Positions 19,770 through 30,131 of a stretch of 64,000 bases of DNA are shown here, piece by piece (position 1 is the stretch's first letter; each line of letters begins with the position of its first letter). The notes below the pieces were generated by a model. The model did not search any database and was not told the DNA's origin. It was given only the letters and a program-made list of their open reading frames with translations. Position numbers and translations under genes: made by a program. Source of the stretch: an uncultured Acidobacteriota bacterium. GTDB lineage: Bacteria > Acidobacteriota > Thermoanaerobaculia > Multivoradales > UBA5704. The stretch spans positions 1,824,001 to 1,888,000 of the forward strand of contig OY969474.1 in NCBI GenBank assembly GCA_963700145.1. The letters are read 5' to 3'.

Positions 19770-19946
19770 GTGCCGCGTGAGATGCCGGGCCACCCGGCCC
19801 GCGAAGAGGCGCGCCCGCTTCGCGGGTTCCTGGTTGGAAGAGGAAGTGGCGGATGAGTCGGGTCGGCTTCGTTCGCGTGCGGTAGTGGCCCCCTCACCGG
19901 AACGCGCCGCTTCGCGGGCCTCTGGCCCGGCACATCACGCGGCGCC
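19770..19946. repeat. Long imperfect inverted repeat (about 45-bp arms)
   Basis: Left arm GCCGCGTGAGATGCCGGGCCACCCGGCCCGCGAAGAGGCGCG pairs with right arm CGCGCCGCTTCGCGGGCCTCTGGCCCGGCACATCACGCGGC. Confidence 0.6.
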
Positions 19947-20000
19947 ATGACTCGCAACTCTGAAGTGACGTCCGTTAGAGAAAAGAGGGGACAACCCTCC

Positions 20001-20107
20001 TTGTCATCCTGAGCGAGAGCGAAGGATCTGGGCGAGGGGCGGCGCGATGCCGGTGAGTCTTCGCGCCACCCAGCCCCCAGATCCCTCGCTCACGCTCGGG
20101 ATGACAA
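20001..20107. repeat. Palindromic interspersed element (TTGTCATCCTGAGCG...CGCTCGGGATGACAA type)
   Basis: Arms TTGTCATCCTGAGCGAGAGCGAAGGATCTGGG and CCCAGATCCCTCGCTCACGCTCGGGATGACAA are near-perfect reverse complements. Confidence 0.8.
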
Positions 20108-20320
20108 AGGGGGGCTCCACCGCCGGTTCTAGGGCCCGCAGGTCTCTGGAGCGCCGGGCGCTCCGTCCGCTCCCCCTGGCAGGCCACCGTGCGAGGCGCC
20201 GAAGCCACCTCGGTGTTTGCCGGCAACCCCCTCTGTACCAGCACGCGCAGCGCGGACACAAAGGAGCGCCCGGTGCGGAAGAGAGCCTGCGGGACCCCAC
20301 ACCGGAACGGCCGCAGCAAG

Positions 20321-20839
20321 CTATCTTTTCTTGCGTTTTCCGCCGAGCTCTTCGTGCAGCAGCAAATGCCGATACCCGCGATACCAGTAAACAAGAGGCG
20401 GGCCGAGAGGCTCGGGGGTGCCGCTGGCTTCTACGGAGCCGACGTAGATGGTGTGGGTGCCGGCGCGCAGGCGGCCGGCGATCGTGCAATCGAGCCAAGC
20501 CAGCGAATCCTCCAGGATCGGCGCCCCGGTAACCGCCGTCGTCCAGCTTCCTTCCTCGAAGCGGTCCTCGTCCTTGAGCCATGCGAAGCGGTTCGAGAGC
20601 TCCATCTGCTCCTGGCGCAGGACATTCACCGCGAACACCGCCCCCTCCTCCTCCAGCATCGGCCACGCCTTGTGCCGGTTGTCGATCACCACCGTCACCA
20701 GCGGCGGGTCGGCCGAGACCGAGGCGAAGGCCGAGACCGTCAGGCCGTGGATCCGGTCGCCGGCGCGGATCGTCGTGATCGTGACGCCAGCCGGGAAACG
20801 GCAGAGAGCGTTGCGGAACTCCTCCGAGCTGATGGGCAT
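20321..20839 (-). CDS. Flavin reductase family protein
   Basis: FRNALCRFPAGVTITT, GLTVSAFASVSADPPLV, GTHTIYVG and PLVY motifs. Confidence 0.93.
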   Translation of the reverse strand: MPISSEEFRNALCRFPAGVTITTIRAGDRIHGLTVSAFASVSADPPLVTVVIDNRHKAWPMLEEEGAVFAVNVLRQEQMELSNRFAWLKDEDRFEEGSWTTAVTGAPILEDSLAWLDCTIAGRLRAGTHTIYVGSVEASGTPEPLGPPLVYWYRGYRHLLLHEELGGKRKKR

Positions 20840-20848
20840 GCGCCCATC

Positions 20849-21484
20849 CTATGCGGCGGCGAGGCGCTCCGCGACCCGCCGCAGGTCCGCGACGAGCTGC
20901 TCCCGCGCCGCCTCGCGCGCCGCACGGTCGGGCATGCGTAGGACCGCCGAAGGGTGGAGCGTCGCCAGCAGCCAGCGTGCCTGCGGCACCTCCAGGAAGC
21001 GCCCGCGCTCCTTGGTAATGCGGAAGGCGGGGCCGAGGAAGGCCTGCGCCGCGGTCGCGCCTAGGCAGACGATCCCCTCCGGTTTGACGAGCGCCAACTC
21101 CGCCTCCAGCCAGGGTCGGCAGGCGCGCACCTCGCCGAGGGTCGGCTTCTGGTGGATCCGCCTCTTGCCGCGCAGCTCGTGTTTGAAATGCTTGACGGCG
21201 TTGGTGAGAAAGACCTCGCCGCGCGGGATGCCGGCCTCGGCGAGGGCGTCGTCGAGGACGCGCCCGGCCGGGCCGACGAACGGCTTGCCTTGCAGGTCCT
21301 CCTGGTCCCCCGGCTGCTCCCCCACGAGCAGGGCGCGCGCGGGACGCGGGCCGGCGCCGAGCACCGCCTGCGTCGCCCCCTTGTAGAGGTCGCAGGCGGT
21401 GCAGTGTTGCGCGGCCCGGGACAGCGCCGCGAGCGACAGCCGCGGCGGGATGAAGCTCTCGGCCGGAGGGTGGACCTCCGCCAT
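20849..21484 (-). CDS. udgX: UdgX-family uracil-DNA binding protein (family 4 UDG-like)
   Basis: CTAC Fe-S ligands, GEQPGDQED, TNAVKHFK, KRRIH R-loop signature and HPS. Confidence 0.9.
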   Translation of the reverse strand: MAEVHPPAESFIPPRLSLAALSRAAQHCTACDLYKGATQAVLGAGPRPARALLVGEQPGDQEDLQGKPFVGPAGRVLDDALAEAGIPRGEVFLTNAVKHFKHELRGKRRIHQKPTLGEVRACRPWLEAELALVKPEGIVCLGATAAQAFLGPAFRITKERGRFLEVPQARWLLATLHPSAVLRMPDRAAREAAREQLVADLRRVAERLAAA

Positions 21485-21495
21485 CGAGCGTGCCG

Positions 21496-22188
21496 TCAGG
21501 CCTTGGCCTTGAGCAGCACGTCCACCCGGCGGTTGAGCTGGCGGCCGGACTCGGTGGCGTTGCTCGCCACCGGGTAGCCCTCACCGTACCCCTCGGCGAC
21601 GATGCGCTGGCCGTCCACGCCCTGCTGCGTCAGGTAGCGCTCGACCGAGGTGGCGCGGCGCTCGGAGAGGGCGTCGTTGTGGGCGTCGCTGCCGGTCGAG
21701 TCGGTGTGCCCCTGCACCACGACCGCCGTCTTCTTGTACTCGGTAAGCACGTCGGCGACCTGCTCGAGGGTGCCGCGGCCGGAGGAGTCGATGGTCGCCG
21801 AGTCGACGGCGAAGAGGACGTCGGAGTCGAAGTGGACGAGGAGGGTCTCCTTGTCGACGCGCTCGACGGTGGTGCCCGGGATGCGCGCGATCTTCTCCTC
21901 CTGGGCGTCCATGTAGGCGCCGATGCCGGCGCCGACGCCGGCGCCGATCGCCGCGCCGACCAGGATCTCGTCGGCCTCGCGCTTGCCGGCGGCGACCGCT
22001 CCGGCGGCGCCTACCACCGCGCCGATGCTGCCGCCCTTGACGGTCTTGTCGCGCTTGGTCATGTACGGCTCGTTGCGTCGGGTACGTGGCGCGTCGTTGC
22101 CGCCGCCGGCGCAGGCGGCGAGGAGGGAGGCCGCGAGGAGGGCGGCCACCGAGGCGGTGAACGAGCGGGACCTCGTGGTGTTCTTCAT
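21496..22188 (-). CDS. OmpA-family lipoprotein
   Basis: Lipobox LAAC, glycine-zipper segment, VQGHTDSTG, LSERRA and NRRVD. Confidence 0.93.
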   Translation of the reverse strand: MKNTTRSRSFTASVAALLAASLLAACAGGGNDAPRTRRNEPYMTKRDKTVKGGSIGAVVGAAGAVAAGKREADEILVGAAIGAGVGAGIGAYMDAQEEKIARIPGTTVERVDKETLLVHFDSDVLFAVDSATIDSSGRGTLEQVADVLTEYKKTAVVVQGHTDSTGSDAHNDALSERRATSVERYLTQQGVDGQRIVAEGYGEGYPVASNATESGRQLNRRVDVLLKAKA

Positions 22189-22308
22189 GGCGGTGTCTCC
22201 TTTTCGGTCGCCCCGGCCGGGATAGCGCCGGCGCCGGAAGCCTGTTCTTCAAGGGCTGTGCCATTGTTCGCTAGAGTGGCGGCGCTGGAGCCCGGGAGGA
22301 ACGCACTT

Positions 22309-25300
22309 TTGGCACCCTCCAAGATCCTGGACGCGCTCTCCCGCTGGCCGGTCGCCCGGCAGCTCCGCGATGGCGACTGGACGGCCCTCGCCGGCCCCGC
22401 CCGCTCCCCCCGCACCGAGGCCCTCGCCCCCCGCACCGAGCGGGCCGACCGGGTGGTGCGCTCGGTCTGCCCCTACTGCGCCGTCGGCTGCGGCCAGCTC
22501 GTCTACGTCCAGGACGAGCGGATCACCGACATCGAGGGGGACCCGGACTCGCCGATCTCCCGGGGGTGCCTCTGCCCCAAGGGGGCGGCCACCTTCCAGC
22601 TCGTCACCGGCTCGCACCGGGTGAAAACCGTCCTCTATAGAGGACCCTACGGGACCGCCTGGGAGGCCATCCCCCTGGAGCGGGCGATGGACATGGTCGC
22701 CGAGCGGGTCAAGGCGGCTCGCGAGGCCACCTGGGAGGAGCGCCGCGCCGACGGGGCTCCCCTGCGCCGCACGATGGGCCTCGCCCACTTGGGCGGCGCC
22801 ACCCTCGACGACGAAGAGAACTACCTGATCAAGAAGCTCTTCACCGCCCTGGGGGTCGTCCAGATCGAGAACCAGGCCCGGATATGACACTCCGCCACGG
22901 TCCCCGGTCTGGGGACCTCCTTCGGGCGCGGCGGCGCCACCACCTTCCAGCAGGACCTCCAGAACGCGGACTGCATCGTGATCCAGGGGTCCAACATGGC
23001 GGAGTGCCACCCGGTGGGGTTCCGCTGGGTGATGGAGGCGAAGGCCCGCGGCGCGAAGGTCGTCCACGTCGACCCGCGCTTCACCCGCACCAGCGCGGTG
23101 GCCGACCTCCACGTGCCGCTGCGGGCGGGGAGCGACATCGCCTTCCTGGGCGGCCTGGTGAGCTACATCCTCGAGGAGGAGCGCTGGTTCCGCGACTACG
23201 TCGTCCACTACACGAACGCGGCGACCCTGGTCTCCGAGGACTTCCGCGACACCGAGGAGCTGGACGGCCTGTTCAGCGGCTGGGACCCGGAGAGCGGCCA
23301 CTACGACCCCAGCTCGTGGGCCTATGAAGGGGCCCCGGCCTCCGTGCCGACGGCGCACCGCGAGACGACGACCGGCGAGCCCGGCCCCGAGCGCAGCAAG
23401 CACCGCAAGCCGGCACGCACCGACCCCACCCTGCAGCACCCGCGCTGCGTCTTCCAGGTGCTACGCCGCCACTTCGCGCGCTACACGCCGGAGATGGTCG
23501 AGGAGGTCTGCGGCGTGCCGCGCGCCCTCTTCCTGCGCGTCGCCGAGACGATCTGCGCCAATTCCGGGCGCGAGCGGACGACCGCCTTCTGCTACGCCGT
23601 CGGCTGGACGCAGCACACGGTCGGCGTGCAGTACATCCGCACCGCGGCGATCGTCCAGCTCCTGCTCGGCAACGTCGGCCGCCCCGGCGGCGGCATCCTC
23701 GCGCTCCGCGGCCACGCCTCGATCCAGGGCTCGACCGACATCCCGACCCTCTACAACCTCCTTCCCGGCTACCTGCCGATGCCCAAGGCGCCGGCGGACC
23801 GCGACCTCGCGGCCTACCTCGAGCACAACACCGCCGAGACCGGCTGGTGGCACGAGCTCCCGAAGTACGCGGTGTCGCTGCTCAAGGCCTGGTTCGGCGC
23901 GGCGGCGACGGCTGTCAACGACTACCTCTTCGACGCGCTGCCGGCGATCGACGGCGACCACTCGCACATGGCGACGGTGGCGGCGATGGCCGACGGGAAG
24001 GTCAAGGGCTACTTCCTGATGGGCGAGAACCCGACGGTCGGCTCGATGCACGGCGGCCTTCAGCGCGCCGCCATGCGCCGGCTCGACTGGGTCGTGGTGC
24101 GCGACTTCGCGGTCACCGAGAGCGCCGAGGACTTCTGGCGCGAAGCGCCGGAAGAGGTCGAAACCGAGGTCTTCTTCTTCCCCTGCGCCGCGCACACCGA
24201 GAAGGACGGCACCTTCACCAACACGCAGCGGCTCCTGCAGTGGCACCACAAGGCGATCGAGCCGCCGGGAGACTGCCGCAGCGAGCTGCACTTCATGCTC
24301 CACCTCGGAAGGCGGCTCAAGGCGCTCTACGCCGGCTCGACCGACGCCAAGGACCGCGCGCTCCAGGCGCTGACCTGGGACTACCCCACCGTCGGCCCGT
24401 ACGACGAGCCGGACGCCGCGGCGGTGCTGGCCGAGATCAACGGGTACCGCGTGGCGGACGGGGCGCCGGTCGCCGGCTTCGGCGAGCTGGCCGCCGACGG
24501 TTCCACCGCCTGCGGCTGCTGGATCTACTCCGGCTGCTGCGCCGGCGGCGAGAACGGCCCGGCGCGGCGGCGGCCGGCCGGCGAGCAAAGCTGGGTGGCC
24601 CCCGACTGGGGGTGGGCGTGGCCGGCCAACCGGCGGCTCCTCTACAACCGCGCCTCGGCCGATCCCGAGGGGCGCCCCTGGTCGGAGCGCAAGCGCTACG
24701 TCTGGTGGGACGAGGCCGCCGGCCGCTGGACCGGGCACGACGCGCCCGACTTCCCCGTCGACCGTGCGCCTTCCTACCGGCCGCCGCGGGGCGCGCGCGG
24801 CGTGGCGGCGATCGGCGGCGCCGACCCCTTCGTCATGCAGTCCGACGGCCACGGCTGGCTCTTCGCGCCGAACGGCCTCCTCGACGGCCCCCTGCCGACT
24901 CACTACGAGCCGCAGGAATCGCCGATCGAGAACCCGCTCTACGCCCAGCAGCGCAACCCGGCGCGCCTCGAATGGCGGCGCCGCGACAACCCTTACCACC
25001 GCGCCGCGGGCGACCCGCGCTACCCCTACGTCCTCACCACCTACCGCCTGACCGAGCACCACACCGCCGGCGCCATGAGCCGCTGGCTCTCCTGGCTCGC
25101 CGAGCTGCAGCCCGAGCTGTTCTGCGAGGTCTCGCCGGAGCTGGCGGCCGAAAAGGGGCTAGCGCACGGCGGCTGGGCGACGATCTCGACGGCGCGCACG
25201 GCGATCGAGGCGCGGGTGCTCGTGACGCGGCGGCTGCCGGCGATCCGGCTCAAGGGGCGCGTCGTGCACCAGATCGGCCTCCCCTACCACTGGGGGAGCA

Positions 25301-25428
25301 AGGGGCGGGTGCGTGGCGACGCGGCCAACGAGCTGATCGGCTTCGTCGCCGACCCCAACGTCTCGATCCAGGAGTCGAAGGCCCTCACCGCCGACATCGC
25401 GCCGGGGCGGCGGAGCCGGAGCGCCTAG
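22309..25428 (+). CDS. fdnG: Formate dehydrogenase alpha subunit, selenocysteine-containing (in-frame UGA at 22885-22887)
   Basis: TTG start follows a GGAGGA RBS. Contains CPYCAVGCG and ENQARI-UGA-HSATVPGLG, in frame with ORF 22978..25428 (GSNMAECHP, ALRGHASIQG, TYRLTEHH). Confidence 0.92.
22899..22917 (+). promoter_or_regulatory. Bacterial SECIS hairpin
   Basis: Stem-loop GGTCCCC-GGTCT-GGGGACC begins 11 nt after the in-frame UGA. Confidence 0.85.
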
Positions 25429-25430
25429 CC

Positions 25431-26225
25431 GTGGCCGTCGGTTTTTTCACCGACACGACCGTCTGCATCGGCTGCAAGGCCTGCGAGGTGGCCTGCAAGG
25501 AGTGGAACCAGCTCCCCGACGACGGCTTCCACTTCACCGGCATGTCCTACGACAACACCGCCGCCCTCGGCGCCTCCACCTGGCGGCACGTCTCGTTCGT
25601 CGAGCGGCCGGTGGCGCTCTCCGAGCAGCTCACGGGCCTGGGGCAGTTCTCGTGGCTGATGATGTCGGACGTCTGCAAGCACTGCCAGCGCGCCGGGTGC
25701 CTGGAGGCCTGCCCCACCGGCGCCATCCTGCGCACCGAGCACGACACCGTCTACGTCCAGCCCGACATCTGCAACGGCTGCGGCTACTGCGTCACCGCCT
25801 GCCCGTTCGGGGTGATCGACCGGCGCGAGGACGACGGCCGCGCCTGGAAGTGCACGCTCTGCTACGACCGGCTCAAGGGCGCCCTGACGCCCGCCTGCGC
25901 CAAGGCCTGCCCCACCGACTCGATCCAGTTCGGCGAGCTCGACGAGCTGCGCGAGCGGGCGGCGCGGCGGCTGGCGGTGCTCCACGAGCGCGGCGTCGGC
26001 GAGGCCTGGCTTTACGGCGCCGACGCCGCCAGTCAGCCGGGAACTGGCGGCTTGAACGCCTTCTTCCTCCTCGTCGACCGGCCGGAGGTCTACAACCTGC
26101 CGCCCGAGCCGGTCGTGCCGACCCACCGCGCCGGCGAGGCCTGGGGGGCGATGGCGCTCGCCGCGCTCGGCATGGCGGCTGTGGCGCTGGGGTCCGTGCT
26201 GGCAACCCGATCCGGCCGCGGATGA
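25431..26225 (+). CDS. fdnH: Formate dehydrogenase iron-sulfur (beta) subunit
   Basis: CIGCKACEVACKEWN, CKHC...CLEACPTG, CNGCGYCVTACPF and KCTLC...CAKACPT, plus a C-terminal hydrophobic helix. Confidence 0.9.
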   Translation: MAVGFFTDTTVCIGCKACEVACKEWNQLPDDGFHFTGMSYDNTAALGASTWRHVSFVERPVALSEQLTGLGQFSWLMMSDVCKHCQRAGCLEACPTGAILRTEHDTVYVQPDICNGCGYCVTACPFGVIDRREDDGRAWKCTLCYDRLKGALTPACAKACPTDSIQFGELDELRERAARRLAVLHERGVGEAWLYGADAASQPGTGGLNAFFLLVDRPEVYNLPPEPVVPTHRAGEAWGAMALAALGMAAVALGSVLATRSGRG

Positions 26226-27250
26226 CCGATTCCGGCGGCGACGGCCGCTACGTCGATCCAGAGCTCGGCCTCCTCCTCGGCGAAGGCGCGGCGCAGCGGA
26301 TCGCGGCGGGCGAGGCGCGCGAGATCTGGCGCGACGTCGCCGCCAGCCTCCCCGCTCCCGGCGAAGGGCCCACCTACTACGACCGCCCGGTCCTCAAGGA
26401 GCCGGTCTGGATCTGGTCGGTGCCGGTCTACTTCTGGGCCGGTGGCACGATGGGAGCGGCGCTCGCCCTCGGCGGCGCGGCGCAGCTCGCCGGCGGCGAG
26501 GAGCTGCGCCCCTTCGTCCGCCGCTGCCGCTGGGTCGGCGCCGTCGGCGGCGCGGCGAGCGCCGCCCTCCTGATCCACGACCTCGGCCGCCCCGAGCGCT
26601 TCCACCACATGCTGCGGGTCTTCCGCCCGACCTCGCCGATGAGCGTCGGCTCCTGGGTCCTCGCCGCGGCGTCGACCCTGGCCGGCGGCGCCGCCCTCCT
26701 CGGCCGCCGCCGCGGCCTGCTGCGCGGCGCCGGCGACCTCGCCGGCCTCGGCGCCGCCCTCCTCGGCCTGCCGCTCGCCGGCTACACGGCGGTCCTCGTC
26801 GGCAACACCGCGGTGCCGGTCTGGCTGGCGGCGCGGCGAAGCCTGCCGTTCCTCTTCATCGCCTCCTCGATGTCGGGGGCGGCATCGTTTTTCGACCTAG
26901 GCTCCCTCAGACCGCGCGAGGCGAGGATGGTGCGCGCCTTCGGGATCGCCGGCAAGGCCGCCGAGCTGGCGGCGATGGCGGCGGTCGAGAGCGAGGCGGG
27001 ACGCGTCGAGCGGGTCGGGCGGCCGCTCCGCGAGGGGGTCTCCGGCGCCCTCTGGACCGCCGCCAAAGTGCTCACGGCCGCCAGCTTGGCGGCGACCCTC
27101 CTCCCCCGCCGCTCGCGCCGCGCGGGCCTCGCCGCCGGCCTCCTCGGCACTGCCGGCGCCCTCGCCCTCCGCTTCGCGGTCTTCCACGCCGGCAAGGCCT
27201 CCAGCCGCGATCCCCGGGCGACTTTCCTCCAGCAACGCGGCGGCGCCTGA
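26222..27250 (+). CDS. nrfD: NrfD/PsrC-family membrane anchor subunit
   Basis: YYDRPVLKEPVW, LLIHDLGRPERF, SPMSVGSW and YTAVL...W motifs, with many TM helices. Confidence 0.88.
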   Translation: MTDSGGDGRYVDPELGLLLGEGAAQRIAAGEAREIWRDVAASLPAPGEGPTYYDRPVLKEPVWIWSVPVYFWAGGTMGAALALGGAAQLAGGEELRPFVRRCRWVGAVGGAASAALLIHDLGRPERFHHMLRVFRPTSPMSVGSWVLAAASTLAGGAALLGRRRGLLRGAGDLAGLGAALLGLPLAGYTAVLVGNTAVPVWLAARRSLPFLFIASSMSGAASFFDLGSLRPREARMVRAFGIAGKAAELAAMAAVESEAGRVERVGRPLREGVSGALWTAAKVLTAASLAATLLPRRSRRAGLAAGLLGTAGALALRFAVFHAGKASSRDPRATFLQQRGGA

Positions 27251-27416
27251 ATCTCTTTGGTGCCGACTTGCGAAACTTCTCCTGCCTGGGCGATACTCGG
27301 TTGTCCCGATCCGCTCACTGCAGGACACCATCAGGTGCAGAGCCGTCAAGCTAAGCTATAGACGGCCATCTATTTACGGCCGGCACGCCGGCCATCGGAC
27401 GGAGAGGGGAGAAAAC

Positions 27417-27680
27417 ATGAAGCGTTCGCTTATCCGATCCTTGACAGCCCTGGCCGTGACGACTTTGCTTATGCTCGCACTCGCTCCAGCAGCAAACGCC
27501 GCCCCCTGGGGGCTGGCGGTCGAAAGCGGCTTTCGCGGCGCCGGCTGGTTCGAGAGCGCGCGCGAGTGGCTCCAGAGGCTCTTCGGGATGCAGTCGCCCG
27601 CTCCGAAGGCCAAGCAGAAGGCAGTGCAGCCGACCGGCTGCGGCATCGATGGGAATGGGAACCCGACTCCCTGCAGATAG
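27417..27680 (+). CDS. Small secreted peptide precursor 1 (87 aa, C-terminal GCGIDGNG...C)
   Basis: Purine-rich RBS, signal peptide ending ANA, Trp-rich amphipathic segment and DGNG motif. Lies 23 bp upstream of a TPR gene. Confidence 0.7.
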   Translation: MKRSLIRSLTALAVTTLLMLALAPAANAAPWGLAVESGFRGAGWFESAREWLQRLFGMQSPAPKAKQKAVQPTGCGIDGNGNPTPCR

Positions 27681-27703
27681 CTCTCCCTCGGAGGTTGAGT
27701 GCG

Positions 27704-29068
27704 ATGAAGGATCACCCGACCCCACGTGACCTCGAGGACTTCCTCGAGGGTTCGGCTCCCCCCGAAGTGAACCGGGGGGTGGTGCGCCACCTCCTCGCCG
27801 CCTGCACGGCGTGCCGCGGAGCCCTCCAGAGCATGGGATGGCGACCCGAGCGCCTCGAGCGCATCGTCTCCCTGGGCACGAGCAATCCGGAGGAGCTTCC
27901 GGAGTGGACGGTCGGGACCGAGAACCACGACTACGATCGCGCCTTCAGGAGGGCCTGGGAGGCGTGCGTGCAGGAGCTCCATTCGCCGACACCGCAGCGG
28001 CCCTCGCCTGCAGTCGACAGCGCCGACGAGGACCTACAGGTCGAGGAGCTTCTCGTGGGCGCCGAGGATCGTGTCCCCGAGTCCCGTCTGGTCGAGCTGC
28101 TCCTGGCACGCAGCCACGCCGCGCGCTATCGCGATGTCAGGGCGATGCTGCGCTGGGCGCGGTTGGCGCGGATCCTCGCGGAGCGTTGTGACGCAGCCGC
28201 CGCGGGAGGCGAGATCGCCCTCTTCGATTTGAAGGCGCGCGCTTGGGGACAGTGCGGGAATGCGTTGCGCGTGGCAGGCCGTCTGCGTGAAGCGGCAGCG
28301 GCGCTCGATCGATCCGGGACCTATGCTGCCCGGGGAAGTGGGGATGTCGCATTCAAAGCCCAGCTTCTGAGCTGGACCGCGAGCTTGCGGATCTTCGAGC
28401 GGCGATTCGACGACGCGATCACGCTGCTCGACGAAGCCGCTCGCATCGCCCGCAACCTCGGGATGCGAAGCGAGCTGGCGTGGTATCTGTCGAACCGGGC
28501 GCTCGCCACCGTCTACTCGGGCGACCCGGAGACGGCGATCCACATCCTGGACGAAGCGATGCCGCTGATCGATCCTGCGGAGCCCCACCTTCTCGTGGCC
28601 ATCTATCACAACCTGATCTACTGCTACGTCGAGGCCGGGCGGTTGCAAGAGGCCTTGGCGTTGATGCCGCGGACCCGCAGCGTCGGCGAGGAGATCGAGG
28701 ACGAGCTGCTGGGGCTCCGTCTCCTCTGGCAGGAAGCGCGGATCCTCTGCGAGCTCGGGCTCCTCGAGGAGGCCGAAGCCCAGTTCTCGCGCGCCCGCGA
28801 CGGGTTCCTCGAGCGCGACCTCTCGTACGAAGCGGCCGTCGTCTCCCTCGACCTCACGGCCGTCTACGTCAAGCTCGGCCTGCACACCGAGGTGCGCCGC
28901 ACGATCGGCGACATTCTGCCCATCTTCAGCAGCCTCCGCGTCGGCCGCGAGCTCCTCGCCTCGCTCATCCAGCTCCAGCAGGCCGAGGACCAGACCCAGG
29001 CCCTCCAGCTCATCCGCGCCCTCTCCCGCGAGCTCGTCGCCGGGCCCAAGCTGCCGCCGTCGGTTTGA
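27704..29068 (+). CDS. Zinc-finger (zf-HC2-like) / TPR-repeat protein 1
   Basis: GGAGG RBS. N-terminal HLLAACTAC, helical TPR-like repeats (AWGQCGNALRVAG) and C-terminal YEAAVVSLDL...ILPIF. Confidence 0.85.
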   Translation: MKDHPTPRDLEDFLEGSAPPEVNRGVVRHLLAACTACRGALQSMGWRPERLERIVSLGTSNPEELPEWTVGTENHDYDRAFRRAWEACVQELHSPTPQRPSPAVDSADEDLQVEELLVGAEDRVPESRLVELLLARSHAARYRDVRAMLRWARLARILAERCDAAAAGGEIALFDLKARAWGQCGNALRVAGRLREAAAALDRSGTYAARGSGDVAFKAQLLSWTASLRIFERRFDDAITLLDEAARIARNLGMRSELAWYLSNRALATVYSGDPETAIHILDEAMPLIDPAEPHLLVAIYHNLIYCYVEAGRLQEALALMPRTRSVGEEIEDELLGLRLLWQEARILCELGLLEEAEAQFSRARDGFLERDLSYEAAVVSLDLTAVYVKLGLHTEVRRTIGDILPIFSSLRVGRELLASLIQLQQAEDQTQALQLIRALSRELVAGPKLPPSV

Positions 29069-29094
29069 CCGCGGCCGTCCGCCCGGCCCGGCCT

Positions 29095-30126
29095 CTAGGT
29101 CCCCAGCTTCTCCCAGTCGCTGTCCGGGGCGTCCTGGGCGATGGCCAGGCCGCCGTCTGAGCCGACGAAGACCGGGTCCTTGACCACCCGCACCTTGCCG
29201 CCGCCGACCTCGGCGAGCGCGCGCTCGAGGCGCGGCCCGAGGCCGCGGACGAGGCCGGTGCCGCCCGAGAGGACGACGTTGTTGCGCACCCGTTCCTGGT
29301 ACTCGGGCTCGACGCGCGACAGCAGATCGAGCATCGACTCGACGAGCGGCGGCAGGACGCCCTCGCAGGCCTGGCGCATCTCGGCGGTGATGTCGATCTG
29401 CGTCGGCTTGCCCTCCACCGGCACCGTCACCACGACCGGGGCCTTGGTGTCGCCGACGAAGCTCGCCTCCTCCTTCCAGGCGCGCACCATGTGGATCGAG
29501 AAGCGCGCCTGCGGCTGCCGCTCGCGCAACAGGCGGAAGAGCTGCTCATCGATCCAGTCGCCGGCCACGGTCAGCGTGCGCTGGTCGTCCTCGGTCGGCA
29601 GGCGGCCGTTCATGACGCAGAGGTCGGTGGTGCCGGCGCCGATGTCGATGATCATCGAGTGCAGCAGCGCCTCCATGCCGTAGGCCACGGCGAACGGCTC
29701 GGAGACGATGAGCAGGTTGTCCACCGCCCCCTGCAGCGCCTTGCGCACGTGCTGCTTGTTGACCCGCAGCGCCTCGGCCGGCACGCCGACGACGGCGCGC
29801 ACCTTGGCGCCGTTGCGCGCCGCCGGGTCGACGCCGGCCAAGCCCAGGAGGTGGCGCAGGAGCTCGCGCACCGCCGCTTCGTCTTTCTCCGAGCCGTCCT
29901 TGATCAGCCCCGCTTCCAGCGGCCGGTGGAGGTCGAGCATGGTGCGGTTGTCGAGCGCCTCGCGGCCGATCAGCACCGGGCGCTTGAGCACCTTGCGGGC
30001 CACCATGTCGAGCGGCCAGCCGACGTAGCTGTCCACCACGTGGCGCTGGCCGTTGGAAGCGGAGATCGAGCTCCTCGAGGTGCCGAGGTCGATCCCCACG
30101 AGCACGACGTCGGGGCGGTCGGTCAT
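29095..30126 (-). CDS. mamK: MamK-like bacterial actin
   Basis: GIDLGTS, AVVGVP, VSEPF.V.YG, IDIGAGTTD.C, DQ.TL..AG..IDE, PEYQ..V..N.V.SGG, VKDP.F.G and W..LG follow the MamK pattern (recalled from memory) rather than MreB. Confidence 0.8.
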   Translation of the reverse strand: MTDRPDVVLVGIDLGTSRSSISASNGQRHVVDSYVGWPLDMVARKVLKRPVLIGREALDNRTMLDLHRPLEAGLIKDGSEKDEAAVRELLRHLLGLAGVDPAARNGAKVRAVVGVPAEALRVNKQHVRKALQGAVDNLLIVSEPFAVAYGMEALLHSMIIDIGAGTTDLCVMNGRLPTEDDQRTLTVAGDWIDEQLFRLLRERQPQARFSIHMVRAWKEEASFVGDTKAPVVVTVPVEGKPTQIDITAEMRQACEGVLPPLVESMLDLLSRVEPEYQERVRNNVVLSGGTGLVRGLGPRLERALAEVGGGKVRVVKDPVFVGSDGGLAIAQDAPDSDWEKLGT

Positions 30127-30131
30127 CGCGG

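Noticed and set aside
22885-22887. Nonsense mutation making fdnG a pseudogene
   Set aside because: The UGA is at the catalytic Cys/Sec position and is followed by a correctly spaced SECIS hairpin.
29095-30126. Magnetosome gene cluster, or canonical mreB
   Set aside because: No other mam/mms genes and no mreC/mreD are in the window, and the motifs fit MamK-like rather than MreB.
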